From the NCBI GenBank assembly GCA_050253415.1, contig JBFWJC010000001.1, forward strand, positions 192,001 to 256,000: a stretch of DNA of 64,000 nucleotides. The letters are read 5' to 3'. The position numbers and the translations under genes were made by a program. This document shows positions 44,614-55,229 of the stretch, in pieces (the stretch's first letter is position 1; each line of letters opens with the position of its first letter). This DNA comes from Pedobacter sp. Lineage in GTDB: Bacteria > Desulfobacterota > Desulfuromonadia > Desulfuromonadales > Syntrophotaleaceae. The notes beneath the pieces were generated by a model. It saw only the letters and a list, made by a program, of their open reading frames with translations, was not told the origin of the DNA and searched no databases.

Positions 44614-44674
44614 CTGACTTTTTCTTTGATTTAGACGGGTTTTGGTAAAGGTCAGGGCGCAAAACCGTCGCATT

Positions 44675-44704
44675 AAACTAACAGAGCCCGGGGGGGGTTG
44701 GCAA
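44675..44704 (-). promoter_or_regulatory. putative dnaA promoter
   Basis: TTGCCA-N18-TAGTTT with extended TG, upstream of the DnaA boxes. Confidence 0.45.
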
Positions 44705-44759
44705 GGGGTTTTTTCTCTGTTGGCAGGCTGTGGGTATAGGTGTCTTTTTGTTTTCTTGC

Positions 44760-44790
44760 TTGACAAAATCCGGCCAACGTGGTTAATAAT
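44760..44790 (+). promoter_or_regulatory. putative rpmH operon promoter
   Basis: TTGACA at 44760 followed by TGGTTAATAAT; exact -10 register is ambiguous. Confidence 0.55.
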
Positions 44791-44851
44791 TCGATTCGCT
44801 TAAATGTTGAAAAAATATGCTTTAACCCCATAGATTCAGGAGTTTGACAAA

Positions 44852-45004
44852 ATGTCTAAACGTACGTACCAACCAAGTCGTATTCGTCGTAAGAGAACTC
44901 ATGGCTTTCGTGCCCGTATGCAAAATAAAAACGGTCAGGCAGTTCTTCGCCGGCGTCGGGCCAGAGGGCGTAAGCGCTTGGTGGTTACTATTCCCGTCAA
45001 GTAG
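44852..45004 (+). CDS. rpmH: 50S ribosomal protein L34
   Basis: Translated by hand: [58 protein letters not shown]; not in the ORF track. Confidence 0.98.
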   Translation: MSKRTYQPSRIRRKRTHGFRARMQNKNGQAVLRRRRARGRKRLVVTIPVK

Positions 45005-45015
45005 TCTGTTTACGA

Positions 45016-45378
45016 ATGGAATATCTGGGAAAATTATTTCCTCGTACCAATAGAATCCGCTGTTCCGCTGATTATCGTTTTATACGTAACCAGGGGCGAC
45101 GGCGGCATACCCAGAATTTCATCGTGTACACACGTTTTAGTGGAAATGGCCCTGCCAGATTGGGACTGACTGTCAGTCGCAAAGTTGGCAGGGCTGTTAC
45201 GCGTAATCGGATCAAGCGTTTATTGCGTGAATTTTTCCGCTTGCATCATTCATTGATGGCCCCAGGGCGAGACATATCCATTGTTGCTAAACCGGGTGCC
45301 GCTTTTCTCAGCTATTGGCAGGTGTGTGAAGAGCTTATGTTTCTTACGCGACACCAAACCATCGAAAAACCTTCATGA
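45016..45378 (+). CDS. rnpA: ribonuclease P protein component
   Basis: [25 protein letters not shown] (RNR motif). Confidence 0.96.
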   Translation: MEYLGKLFPRTNRIRCSADYRFIRNQGRRRHTQNFIVYTRFSGNGPARLGLTVSRKVGRAVTRNRIKRLLREFFRLHHSLMAPGRDISIVAKPGAAFLSYWQVCEELMFLTRHQTIEKPS

Positions 45379-45584
45379 TCCGGAAATTCCTGATCTTCTT
45401 GATACTTGTATATCAGCGATGTATTTCGCCTGTATTGGTACCCTCCTGTCGGTTTTACCCTACCTGTTCCGAATATGCCCGCCAATCCCTCGTTAAGTAC
45501 GGTTTATTTAAAGGATTGGTGAAAATTTGCGGTAGGCTCAGCCGCTGCCATCCCTTTCATCCCGGAGGTTATGATCCTGTTTAA
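45375..45584 (+). CDS. yidD: membrane protein insertion efficiency factor
   Basis: YQRCISP...[10 protein letters not shown]...[13 protein letters not shown]. Confidence 0.96.
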   Translation: MIRKFLIFLILVYQRCISPVLVPSCRFYPTCSEYARQSLVKYGLFKGLVKICGRLSRCHPFHPGGYDPV

Positions 45585-45625
45585 CGCCGGATATAATCTT
45601 TTGGGCTAGCGGAGTATCATGCCTT

Positions 45626-47257
45626 ATGGAAAATAAAAATGTTTTTATAGCTCTTTTGTTGATGCTGGCGGTTTGGACAGGTTACACCATGTTTTTTGTG
45701 AAACCGACGACCACGGTTCCGCCTGCTGATGAGCAAGTTATCAGTGAACAACAAGATTTTATCCCTGCGATGAACGGGGAAACGGATAAATCTTCAAAGA
45801 CTACCAGTGTCCCGGTTGTGGTAAAACAGGTAGATGAAATAGCACAAGACTTTGTCGTGGAAACCGAGGATTATCGGGCCGTTTTTACCAACGTTGGTGC
45901 TCGTCTTAAAAGTCTTGAACTCAAAAAATATCGTGAAACTCTTCAAAAAGATTCACCTTTAGTCTCACTTATTGGTAGCAATGGTGATATCAGTACCTTC
46001 GCAACCACTGGCCATGCGGACATTTCCTTACCGGTTGATTATGTGTACACGGCAACTGTTCCGACTGAAGGTTTGGTGCTTCGGGATGGTGATGAGCGAG
46101 TTCTTCGTTTTACGGCTCTTTTAAATAATGGTGTTGTTGTAGAAAAAAATTATACCTTTAAGGGTACTGGGTACGACCTGAATCTTGGTATTCAAATTTA
46201 TAATCAATCCGAGGCGACCTTGCAGGGAAGCCTTGATTTTCTTTTGATGCAACCATGGTTTGAAGGTCGTGATGATTCTCGCTATTCCTTTGTAGGGCCT
46301 GCAGTTTATGACGATGGGGATCTCACCACTTATAAAGTAAAAAAACTTGAAGAACAGCCGATTCGACACGGTAATTCTGCAGTTTGGACCGCATTCGAGG
46401 ATAAATATTTTCTGACAGCTGCTGTACCCCTCGACAGTTTCAAGCACTCTTTTGTTTTGCAGAAAAACGCCGATTCGATCAGTAATATTATTGAGAGCGG
46501 TCCTTTGAAATTAGAAGCTAAACAGTCTTTATCTCTCGAATATCTGCTTTATGCAGGACCCCGGGATCTTGAAATTCTCGAAGGGGTTAATCATAATCTG
46601 GACAAAGCCGTTGATTTTGGTTTTTTTGATATGTTGGCCAGGCCTCTTCTGACGGTTCTTAAATTTTGCTATAACAATGTCATAAAAAATTACGGTGTCG
46701 CGATTATTCTGCTTACCGGCTTTATTAAAATTCTGTTCTGGCCTTTGACCCATAAGAGCTACAAATCGATGCGCGACATGCAAAAGTTGCAACCTGAAAT
46801 GCAGCGTTTGCGTGAAAAATATAAGAATGACAAAGAGCGGATGAACCGTGAAATCATGGAACTTTATCGTAATAATCGTGTAAACCCTATGGGCGGCTGC
46901 TTGCCTATGTTTGCACAGATTCCAGTTTTCTTTGCTCTTTATAAGGTATTGCTTGGATCAATTGCCCTGCGGCATGAACCCTTTATCTTCTGGATTCAGG
47001 ACTTGTCCGCCAAGGATCCCTATTATATTACCCCCATCATTATGGGGATAACCATGTTCATTCAGCAGAAAATGAGTCCGACCACCATGGATTCCCAGCA
47101 AGCAAAAATAATGCTCTTTATGCCTATTATTTTTACTTTCATGTTTTTAAATTTTCCTTCAGGTTTGGTTATTTACTGGCTGGTTAATAATGTTTTGACC
47201 ATTACCCAGCAGTGGTTCATAAATCGTGGCCCGGGTACTTTGACCCAAACTGCCTAA
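45626..47257 (+). CDS. yidC: membrane protein insertase
   Basis: VDFG, NYGVAII, MQKLQP, NPMGGCLP, WIQDLS..DPYY, PSGLVIYW. Confidence 0.98.
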   Translation: MENKNVFIALLLMLAVWTGYTMFFVKPTTTVPPADEQVISEQQDFIPAMNGETDKSSKTTSVPVVVKQVDEIAQDFVVETEDYRAVFTNVGARLKSLELKKYRETLQKDSPLVSLIGSNGDISTFATTGHADISLPVDYVYTATVPTEGLVLRDGDERVLRFTALLNNGVVVEKNYTFKGTGYDLNLGIQIYNQSEATLQGSLDFLLMQPWFEGRDDSRYSFVGPAVYDDGDLTTYKVKKLEEQPIRHGNSAVWTAFEDKYFLTAAVPLDSFKHSFVLQKNADSISNIIESGPLKLEAKQSLSLEYLLYAGPRDLEILEGVNHNLDKAVDFGFFDMLARPLLTVLKFCYNNVIKNYGVAIILLTGFIKILFWPLTHKSYKSMRDMQKLQPEMQRLREKYKNDKERMNREIMELYRNNRVNPMGGCLPMFAQIPVFFALYKVLLGSIALRHEPFIFWIQDLSAKDPYYITPIIMGITMFIQQKMSPTTMDSQQAKIMLFMPIIFTFMFLNFPSGLVIYWLVNNVLTITQQWFINRGPGTLTQTA

Positions 47258-47271
47258 ATAATCCTATTTTT

Positions 47272-47320
47272 GGCCTGGCACTTTCCGATTGCTTTTGCAA
47301 CAGAAAATGTCAGGCCTTTT
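47272..47320 (+). terminator. putative terminator hairpin after yidC
   Basis: GGCCTGGCA...TGTCAGGCC followed by TTTTCTTT. Confidence 0.55.
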
Positions 47321-47386
47321 CTTTGGTTGGTGGGGGTCATTTGGTCATATCCTTTTTTTATGCCTCTTTAAACAATATGTTGAATT

Positions 47387-48772
47387 ATGAATCAAACTCT
47401 AATATTTAGGGACGACACAATAGTGGCGCCGGCTACCCCGCCTGGAGAAGGTGGAATCGGCATCGTACGGCTTTCAGGACCTGGGGCTGAAGATCTGTTA
47501 TTAAGATTCTTCAGCCCCAGCCGTATATCTGCCCGTTTAGATTCTCATTACCTTTACCATGGGATTTTGAGCGATTGTTCCGGGCAACCTTTAGATGAAG
47601 TTATGGCCGTTCTGATGCGCAAACCTCGCTCTTATACCCGCGAGGATGTGGTCGAAATTCATTGTCATGGGGGGACATTGGTCCTCAGGCGTATATTGGA
47701 TTTGTTTCTTGCTGCGGGGGCGCGTTTGGCCAGGCCTGGTGAGTTTACCTTACGGGCTTTTGTTAATGGCCGTATCGATTTAACTCAGGCCGAGGCAGTT
47801 ATCGATCTGATACGCTCTCGTTCCCAGCTGGCCAGTGACGTTGCTCTAGGTCAACTCGAAGGTCGCCTTGCAGGAAAGATCCAGGAGTTCAGGGAACGAA
47901 TTACCGATCTTCTCGCCGAAATTGAAGCGGCTATTGACTTCCCGGAAGAAGATATTGAATTAGATAGTGAACATGTTTTGGGTAAAAAAACCGGAACCCT
48001 GCTCGCTGACATGGACCATGTCATCAATACCTTTGATTCTGGGCGCATATTACGTGAAGGGTTGAATATTCTCATTTTTGGCCGACCAAATGTTGGAAAA
48101 AGCTCATTAATGAATAGTCTTCTTGGTGAGGCTCGCGCCATTGTTACAGATATTCCAGGCACTACGCGCGATACCATTGAAGAGGATTTGGTTTTAGCTG
48201 GAATACCCCTTCGGTTGGTGGATACCGCGGGTATACGCACTACCGATGATCCTGTTGAACAGGAAGGTGTTCGGCGTGCACGTATTAAGGTGGATTCTGC
48301 TGACCTTATTCTTCTGGTTGTTGATGGTAGTGCTGGGTTGACTGAAGATGATTTATTGGCACTGGACTTCTGTCGTGGGAGGGATGTCCTTGTTGTGTTG
48401 AATAAGTCGGACCTTGGTAGTTTACCTATCCCTGAAGCTCTTGAAGGGTTTCCTCTGGTAAGGGTATCTGCACTTGACGGCAACGGGCTTGATTTTTTAA
48501 CTAAGGCTATTCAAGATCGTTTTTCTGGAAATGGAAAAGCGACCGATATCAGAGAAACAGTGGTTATTACAGACAGACGTCATCGTCAGGCGCTGCTTCA
48601 GGCGAGAGAAGCCCTTAGCCGCTTTCGTAAAATACTTACTCAGGGTTTGTCGCCTGAGTTTGGAGCGGTTGAGTTGCACGAGGCTCTTGATGCCGTAGGT
48701 GAAATTACTGGTGAGACTACGCCTGATGAAATACTGGATAAAATTTTTATGAAATTTTGTATTGGTAAATAA
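47387..48772 (+). CDS. mnmE: tRNA modification GTPase
   Basis: DTIVAPAT, GEFTLRAF, GRPNVGKSS, PGTTRD, DTAG, NKSD, C-terminal FCIGK. Confidence 0.98.
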   Translation: MNQTLIFRDDTIVAPATPPGEGGIGIVRLSGPGAEDLLLRFFSPSRISARLDSHYLYHGILSDCSGQPLDEVMAVLMRKPRSYTREDVVEIHCHGGTLVLRRILDLFLAAGARLARPGEFTLRAFVNGRIDLTQAEAVIDLIRSRSQLASDVALGQLEGRLAGKIQEFRERITDLLAEIEAAIDFPEEDIELDSEHVLGKKTGTLLADMDHVINTFDSGRILREGLNILIFGRPNVGKSSLMNSLLGEARAIVTDIPGTTRDTIEEDLVLAGIPLRLVDTAGIRTTDDPVEQEGVRRARIKVDSADLILLVVDGSAGLTEDDLLALDFCRGRDVLVVLNKSDLGSLPIPEALEGFPLVRVSALDGNGLDFLTKAIQDRFSGNGKATDIRETVVITDRRHRQALLQAREALSRFRKILTQGLSPEFGAVELHEALDAVGEITGETTPDEILDKIFMKFCIGK

Positions 48773-48774
48773 CA

Positions 48775-48790
48775 TGTTTCACGTGAAACA
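48775..48790. other. parS: parS centromere site
   Basis: Perfect TGTTTCACGTGAAACA; the palindrome extends to 20 bp (48773-48792). Confidence 0.95.
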
Positions 48791-48844
48791 TGCTTTGGTG
48801 TAGTTTTTATGGATGAGTCTATATAACGGTAAAGCGGATTAGTT

Positions 48845-50704
48845 ATGGCTGGTTACGGTAAGGAATACGAAGTTATTGTGGTCGGTGCGGGGCATGCCGG
48901 ATGTGAAGCTGCTCTTGCGAGTGCCAGGATGGGATGTCGCACTCTGTTGCTTAATTTGCATTTGGATGCTGTGGCACAAATGTCGTGTAATCCAGCTATA
49001 GGTGGTTTGGCCAAAGGACATCTGGTGCGAGAAATAGATGCCTTGGGTGGTGAAATGGCCAGGGTTATTGATGCGACGGGTATTCAGTTCAGAACGCTGA
49101 ATACCAAGAAAGGTCCAGCTGTTCGTGCGACAAGAGCGCAGGCGGATCGACGCGCGTATCAAATGCATATGAAGCAGGTGATCGAGTCTCAGATGAACCT
49201 GGATCTGAAACAGGGGTCGGTTGTGAGACTAGTGATGCAGGGGGAAAAAGTCTGTGGCGTAGAGACTTCGGATGGGCTCTGTTTTTACGGTCAGGCAGTT
49301 GTTTTAACCACCGGAACATTTATGCGCGGCCTTATTCATGTGGGTTTGCAACATTTTCCTGGCGGCAGGGCTGGAGAGCCTGCATCTATGGGGTTGTCCG
49401 ATCATTTGTCCGAGCTTGGTCTGCGTGTGGGACGGTTGAAAACCGGTACCCCTGCCCGTCTTGATGGAAATACGATAAATTATAACGATCTTGAACCCCA
49501 ATTTGGTGATTTTCCTCCCCTCCCCTTTTCCGCTGATACCAAGGCAATTACAAGCAAGCAGGTCCCCTGTTATATTACTGCTACCAATGCCAAAACACAT
49601 GCGATTATTCGTTCTGGGCTCGATAGATCTCCTTTGTACCAAGGGGTTATAGAGGGAGTTGGACCAAGATATTGCCCCTCTATAGAAGACAAGGTCGTGC
49701 GATTTCCGGATCGAGAAAGCCATCATGTATTTTTGGAGCCAGAGGGTTTGGGCACGTCGGAGGTATATCCTAATGGCGTATCAACTTCTCTCCCTCCGGA
49801 TGTTCAATTGGCTTTTCTTAGGACCATACCGGGTTTGGAAAACGTAGAAATTATGCGCCCAGGATATGCCATAGAATACGATTTTATCGATCCGGTGCAA
49901 CTGCAACCTAGTCTGGAAACTAAAATCATTAAAGGTCTTTTTCTTGCCGGTCAGATTAACGGAACATCGGGGTATGAAGAAGCTGCAGCGCAGGGTTTGA
50001 TGGCCGGTATAAATGCTGTTCAGGGTATCCGGAACCAGCCTCCCCTGGTGTTGGGTAGGGATCAGGCTTATATAGGCGTTATGGTAGATGATCTGATTAC
50101 CTGCGGGACATCCGAGCCGTATAGGATGTTTACATCTCGAGCCGAGTATCGTTTGTTGTTGCGGGAGGATAATGCCGACCAGCGCTTAACCCCGATAGGG
50201 AAGCGTTTAGGCTTGATTACGGAAGATCGCTGGACGCGTTTTTCGGAAAAAATGGATCAGATCGAGTTCGGGCGAAAATTACTTGATACTCTGCGAGTGG
50301 CTCCTTCGGACCAGGAGGCGTTGCGTAGTCTTGGTTTAAAAGAACTGAAGAATGGGGTTTCTCTCTCCCATCTACTCAGGCGTCCTGAGGTGCAGTTTGA
50401 CGATATCGTCTTTGCCGATGAACAATTGGCTGATTTTTCTCCTGCGGTACGAGAGCAGTTGCAGATTGAAATCAAATATGAAGGTTATATTGCAAGGCAA
50501 CAGGAGGTAGTTGAGCGCTTTAGGCGCTCGGAGCAGGTCTGCATTCCCAACGATATGGACTATAGTGGAATTGATGGCTTGTCCACGGAGGTTAAAGAGA
50601 AATTAAACAAGGTGCGTCCGGTCAGTTTGGGACAAGCCGCCCGTATTCCAGGAATGACGCCGGCTGCTGTGGCGATTCTGTCAGTGCTTTTGCGCAGGAA
50701 GTAG
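48845..50704 (+). CDS. mnmG: tRNA uridine-5-carboxymethylaminomethyl modification enzyme
   Basis: [50 protein letters not shown]. Confidence 0.99.
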   Translation: MAGYGKEYEVIVVGAGHAGCEAALASARMGCRTLLLNLHLDAVAQMSCNPAIGGLAKGHLVREIDALGGEMARVIDATGIQFRTLNTKKGPAVRATRAQADRRAYQMHMKQVIESQMNLDLKQGSVVRLVMQGEKVCGVETSDGLCFYGQAVVLTTGTFMRGLIHVGLQHFPGGRAGEPASMGLSDHLSELGLRVGRLKTGTPARLDGNTINYNDLEPQFGDFPPLPFSADTKAITSKQVPCYITATNAKTHAIIRSGLDRSPLYQGVIEGVGPRYCPSIEDKVVRFPDRESHHVFLEPEGLGTSEVYPNGVSTSLPPDVQLAFLRTIPGLENVEIMRPGYAIEYDFIDPVQLQPSLETKIIKGLFLAGQINGTSGYEEAAAQGLMAGINAVQGIRNQPPLVLGRDQAYIGVMVDDLITCGTSEPYRMFTSRAEYRLLLREDNADQRLTPIGKRLGLITEDRWTRFSEKMDQIEFGRKLLDTLRVAPSDQEALRSLGLKELKNGVSLSHLLRRPEVQFDDIVFADEQLADFSPAVREQLQIEIKYEGYIARQQEVVERFRRSEQVCIPNDMDYSGIDGLSTEVKEKLNKVRPVSLGQAARIPGMTPAAVAILSVLLRRK

Positions 50705-50712
50705 TGTTGGCA

Positions 50713-51375
50713 ATGGAAAAAAGATTGCAAGAGTTGTTGTTGGCAATCAATGTGAAGCTTGATCCTTGTGCTCATGGCCAATTGGTGTGGTATCTGCAAG
50801 AAATGCTGCGGTGGAATCGCAGTATTAATCTCACCGCTATTAAGGACCCTGTCGAAGCACTGGAAAAGCATTTGTTTGATTGTTTAACCCTGGTTCCTTT
50901 CCTGCGGGGAGATGAATTGTTGTTGGATATGGGGTCAGGCGCTGGTTTGCCAGGTATACCGTTGAAAATAGCGCGACCTATGCTGCGAGTTTTGTCTGTT
51001 GATAGTGTCCATAAAAAAATTGTGTTTCAGCAGCATGTCGCACGCACGCTGGCTTTTCAGGCGTTTGAAGCTAAATCCTGTCGGGTTGAATCCTTGGCCG
51101 CCACTGCTGATTATAGACATGCGTTTGATGTGGTTACGGCAAGGGCTTTGACCCATCTTTCGCAATTGATGGAAATGGCCGAACCTTTTTTGGAAACAGG
51201 AGGAAGGTTGTTGGCCATGAAGGGTCCTGAGGGGGACAAGGAACTGGATGAGTCGGACGCTATAAGGGATGCTTGTGGGTTCAATGTGGAAAAAATTCAC
51301 CGCATGAAATTACCGTTATCGCAAGCAGAAAGAACCTTAATTGTGTTGAAAAGAAGTGTTCTGCGTCCTACCTAG
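50713..51375 (+). CDS. rsmG: 16S rRNA (guanine527-N7) methyltransferase
   Basis: WN..INLTAI, H..D, DMGSGAGLPGIPL, VTARA, AMKG. Confidence 0.96.
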   Translation: MEKRLQELLLAINVKLDPCAHGQLVWYLQEMLRWNRSINLTAIKDPVEALEKHLFDCLTLVPFLRGDELLLDMGSGAGLPGIPLKIARPMLRVLSVDSVHKKIVFQQHVARTLAFQAFEAKSCRVESLAATADYRHAFDVVTARALTHLSQLMEMAEPFLETGGRLLAMKGPEGDKELDESDAIRDACGFNVEKIHRMKLPLSQAERTLIVLKRSVLRPT

Positions 51376-51459
51376 GGATAAAGCCGACCTTTTCCCTTTG
51401 AGGAAGTGGGTGTTTATGATAGGATTTCTGCCCGGACACAGGGTAAAGGAGATCCAAAT

Positions 51460-52224
51460 ATGGGTCAAATCATCGCCATAGCCAACCAAAAAGGTGGCGT
51501 CGGTAAAACCACTACATCAATAAATCTTTCTGCATCGCTTGCGGTCGCGGAAAAACGAACACTTCTGGTCGATTTGGATCCCCAATCCAATGCCAGTAGC
51601 GGTGTCGGAATGGTATCCGAAAATATTCGCTATACGACCTATCAGGCGCTTCTTGGCCAGGTGGAAACCAGCGAGGTTATTGCGGATACCGGTATTGAAT
51701 TTCTGAAAATTCTGCCTTCGACTACCGACCTAATTGGTGCCGAAATTGAATTGATCGGCGAAGCCGACAGGGAAGCCCGATTGAAATCGGCACTTAGACA
51801 GATTCGGGATGAGTTTGATTATATTCTGATTGATTGTCCGCCTTCGCTCGGACTGTTGACCATTAACGCCCTGACCGCAGCCGATTCCGTGCTGGTTCCT
51901 TTGCAATGTGAATATTATGCCATGGAGGGGCTCAGCCAGTTAACCCGCACCATCGACCTGATCCAGAGACAGTTGAATCCTGCTTTATCTCTGTGTGGAA
52001 TCCTTCTGACCATGTTTGATGGTCGTAATAACTTATCCCATCAGGTCAGTGACGAGATCCGTCGGCACTTTACAGATCGCGTTTTTAAGACAGTTATCCC
52101 GCGCAATGTGCGTTTATCAGAAGCCCCGAGCCACGGACTCCCCATTTTGCAATACGACATTTCTTCCCGGGGAGCCGAAGCCTATCTTGCTCTTGCGAGA
52201 GAAATTATTCATACAGGCATTTGA
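51460..52224 (+). CDS. parA: chromosome partitioning ATPase Soj/ParA
   Basis: ANQKGGVGKTT, DLDPQ, IDCPPSLG, PRNVRLSEAPSHG; AAGGAG RBS. Confidence 0.98.
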   Translation: MGQIIAIANQKGGVGKTTTSINLSASLAVAEKRTLLVDLDPQSNASSGVGMVSENIRYTTYQALLGQVETSEVIADTGIEFLKILPSTTDLIGAEIELIGEADREARLKSALRQIRDEFDYILIDCPPSLGLLTINALTAADSVLVPLQCEYYAMEGLSQLTRTIDLIQRQLNPALSLCGILLTMFDGRNNLSHQVSDEIRRHFTDRVFKTVIPRNVRLSEAPSHGLPILQYDISSRGAEAYLALAREIIHTGI

Positions 52225-52225
52225 T

Positions 52226-53080
52226 ATGGCCAAAAAACCTGCCCTCGGTAAAGGGATCGGCGCTTTGCTGGATCCTGCCATCAAACAAGAATCCCATCGC
52301 TTCTTTTTCTGCCCCATCGAAGAATTGCGGCCTCTGAAGAATCAGCCACGCAAAGTTTTTGATGATCAGAAGCTTGCGGAATTAGAGGCCTCGATCAGAG
52401 CCCGCGGCATTATTCAACCTCTGGTTGTACGCCGAATGTCTGATCATTATCAGATCATCGCGGGTGAACGGCGTTGGCGCGCAGCGCAGCGGTCCGGTTT
52501 GAAAAAGGTGCCGGTCTTAATTCATGAGGCCACCGAAGACGCAGCTGTAGAGATGGCTCTTATTGAGAACATCCAGCGGGAAAACCTCAATCCCATTGAG
52601 GAAGCCACCGCCTATCAGAGTCTCATCCAGGCGTTCAATCTTACCCAGGAGGATGTAGCGGGTCGCGTCGGGAAAGATCGGTCGACTGTAACCAATTCAC
52701 TTCGTCTGCTTCGGTTGCCGGAAGCGGTCCGGGAGGACCTCTCTGTCGGTACCTTGGCCATGGGGCATGCTCGGGCTTTGTTGTCTCTCGAATCTGTGCC
52801 AATGCAGTTGCTACGCGTCCGTGACCAGGTTTTATCAAAGGGGTTGTCTGTAAGGGAAACTGAAGCTTTAGTCAAAAGAGCCAAAAAAGCAGCATTGGCG
52901 CCCCCTGCTCCACCCAAAAAACCCGATGCAAACTTACAGGCTCTCGAAGACAACCTGAAACAAAGCCTGGGAACAAAGGTTAAAATCGTGGCCAAGAAAA
53001 AAGGTGGCAAAATAGAAATAAGCTATTTTTCACCGGATGACTTGGAACGTCTTCTGGAGCGTCTTGGAATATCTTATTGA
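52226..53080 (+). CDS. parB: chromosome partitioning protein Spo0J/ParB
   Basis: LGKG, QPR..F, IIAGERRWRA, ENIQRENL, HTH GKDRSTVTNSLRLL. Confidence 0.98.
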   Translation: MAKKPALGKGIGALLDPAIKQESHRFFFCPIEELRPLKNQPRKVFDDQKLAELEASIRARGIIQPLVVRRMSDHYQIIAGERRWRAAQRSGLKKVPVLIHEATEDAAVEMALIENIQRENLNPIEEATAYQSLIQAFNLTQEDVAGRVGKDRSTVTNSLRLLRLPEAVREDLSVGTLAMGHARALLSLESVPMQLLRVRDQVLSKGLSVRETEALVKRAKKAALAPPAPPKKPDANLQALEDNLKQSLGTKVKIVAKKKGGKIEISYFSPDDLERLLERLGISY

Positions 53081-53099
53081 CGAAGTGGAGATAATATTA

Positions 53100-53489
53100 A
53101 TGGGTCGAAAAGAAAAACGTGCGTTGTCCAAGGATGCCAACACCCAGTCCGGTGAAATTCGGGCTTTTTTAGGGGATGGCAGTAAGTTTGAAGGAACTTT
53201 GGTGTTTGACGACATTGTTCGTATGGATGGCCATTTCCAGGGAAGCATTACCTCTAGCGACACCCTTATTGCCGGCGAAACGGCCCAAATTCAGGCCGAT
53301 ATTCGGGTAGGCACCCTGATCTTGTCAGGCAAGTTCAAAGGGACCATTGAAGCTCGAAATAAAGTCGAATTAAGAGCTCCCGCCATTGTGGAAGGGACTA
53401 TACAGACCCCGGTACTCGTGGTCGAAGAGGGCGTGGTTATTAATAGTTCCATAACCATGATGACCAGCACCCCTACCAGTTCCGACTAG
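53100..53489 (+). CDS. bactofilin (polymer-forming cytoskeletal protein)
   Basis: FLG.GS.FEG.L.F...VR.DG.F.G.I beta-helix pattern; L.VEEG. Confidence 0.92.
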   Translation: MGRKEKRALSKDANTQSGEIRAFLGDGSKFEGTLVFDDIVRMDGHFQGSITSSDTLIAGETAQIQADIRVGTLILSGKFKGTIEARNKVELRAPAIVEGTIQTPVLVVEEGVVINSSITMMTSTPTSSD

Positions 53490-54032
53490 TTTTCGTTCGG
53501 ATAAACCAGTCAAATAATCTCTATACCTATTTTCGCTGACTCGGGTGACCAACCCGAAGCTGTTAGGTATTGAGTCCAAATTGCACAAGGCGCGCAGATT
53601 TAATCCTGCCCATTATTTAAAGTCGGAATTAATTGCGCGCAACATTCCACCTGCGAAGCGGCTTTTAATATAAGTAGAGACGCCTTACGCTATCTGGATG
53701 TTTGCCTCTCGCCCCATGCGCCGACACGTTGCTCCTCTTTCAAAAACACCATAAAACTATACAACCTCAGGTTGAAGAGAAAAAACAGGCAAGATCGATT
53801 GTCCTTTTTGGTTAAAGAGGGGTGTTTTTGTGTTGCTTGTATCATTTTTGTTGCGATCACTATACGTTGTATACCGATAGAGTGAGCGGGCGATAGAATT
53901 TGCAAAAAATCTCTGCCCGTTGCAGAATAAGTTATCTTAAATAAGGTTACCCAGTATAAAATAAATATCTAAAATATCAATAATATCAATGGTATACGCT
54001 CGAATTTAAGGCGCAATTCAAGGGTCTGTGGG

Positions 54033-55229
54033 ATGAGTGGAAAACTTACCGGCAAAACCATTTTACATCTCGATATGGATGCCTTTTACGCCAGTGTCGA
54101 ACAACGGGATCGGGCCGACCTGAGAGGTCGACCGGTGATTGTAGGCGGACACCGTATGCGCGGAGTCGTATGTGCTTGTTCCTACGAAGCCCGCGTTTTT
54201 GGCGTGCATTCGGCTATGCCGATCAGCCGTGCGTTGCGGTTGTGCCCCCAAGCCATAGTCCTGCCGGTGCGTATGTCGCGTTACCAGGAAATCTCTGCAC
54301 AGGTTTTTGGAATTTTTGATAGGTATACCGATCTTATTGAACCCATATCGGTGGATGAGGCGTTTCTGGATGTTACCGGCAGCAAACGTTTGTTTGGGTC
54401 CGGGTGGGACATTGCGAAAAAAATCCGCCGGGATGTCCGTGAGGAATTGGGGCTTGCCATCAGTGCCGGCATTGCGCATAACAAGTTTTTGGCTAAATTG
54501 GCATCGGAACAGGCCAAACCCGACGGTATATTTCAGGTACCGGAGGTCGTAGATGACTTCCTTCTCCCCCTTCCCTTGAAGCGCTTGTGGGGGGTGGGAC
54601 CGGTGACGCTGCGCGAACTTCAGAGCTTGGGACTGCGAACCGTTGGAGATTTACGAACGGTGGATCGTTCTTTTCTGGAAGCTCGTTTCGGCCAGGCCGG
54701 TGCTCTGCTGTTCAGGTTGGCAAGAGGGGAAGACAGCCGACAAGTGCTCCCGCAAAGGGAGCTGAAGTCCATTGGCCACGAGGATACCTTTGATAAAGAC
54801 CTTTGGCAGGTTGAGTCTATGCATGTGGTGCTACTCGATCTTGCAGAACGGGTGGCCACACGGCTACGAAAACATAGCGTAATGGGTACAACCCTTACCC
54901 TCAAGGTCAAGTACGCCGATTTTTCCACAGTGACCCGCTCCAGGACTGTTCCCGATGGGATCGCTCATGCCAGCGACATGCTTGCTTTGGCCAGGGAACT
55001 CCTTGATAAAACCGAAGCGGGCAGGAAGCCTGTTCGCCTGCTTGGCATCAGCATCAACAATTTGATGGAAGCGGGACTTGGCCAGGGATTGTTGTTTGAT
55101 GGAGATAGGCAACAGCAGTTAAACGACCTTGATCGCGCCGTGGACCGCCTGCGAGAACGCTATGGGGAAAACGGTATTTGCCGCGGGACCTTGGTTGGGC
55201 GTCGTAAACGGGGCTTACCGGAGGATTAA
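54033..55229 (+). CDS. dinB: DNA polymerase IV
   Basis: HLDMDAFYASVE, SYEAR..GV, SVDEAFLD, NKFLAK.AS...KPDG, VRLLGI. Confidence 0.97.
   Translation: MSGKLTGKTILHLDMDAFYASVEQRDRADLRGRPVIVGGHRMRGVVCACSYEARVFGVHSAMPISRALRLCPQAIVLPVRMSRYQEISAQVFGIFDRYTDLIEPISVDEAFLDVTGSKRLFGSGWDIAKKIRRDVREELGLAISAGIAHNKFLAKLASEQAKPDGIFQVPEVVDDFLLPLPLKRLWGVGPVTLRELQSLGLRTVGDLRTVDRSFLEARFGQAGALLFRLARGEDSRQVLPQRELKSIGHEDTFDKDLWQVESMHVVLLDLAERVATRLRKHSVMGTTLTLKVKYADFSTVTRSRTVPDGIAHASDMLALARELLDKTEAGRKPVRLLGISINNLMEAGLGQGLLFDGDRQQQLNDLDRAVDRLRERYGENGICRGTLVGRRKRGLPED

Noticed and set aside
47258..47386. Absence of jag/khpB between yidC and mnmE
   Set aside because: The gene is patchily distributed, and loss cannot be established without comparative data.
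53690..53905. 71-aa - strand ORF in the bactofilin-dinB gap
   Set aside because: TTG start, no convincing RBS and no recognisable domain.
53880..54032. LexA/SOS box upstream of dinB
   Set aside because: No match found by eye to CTGT-N8-ACAG, GAAC-N4-GTTC or the Geobacter-type GGTT-N2-C-N4-G-N3-ACC.
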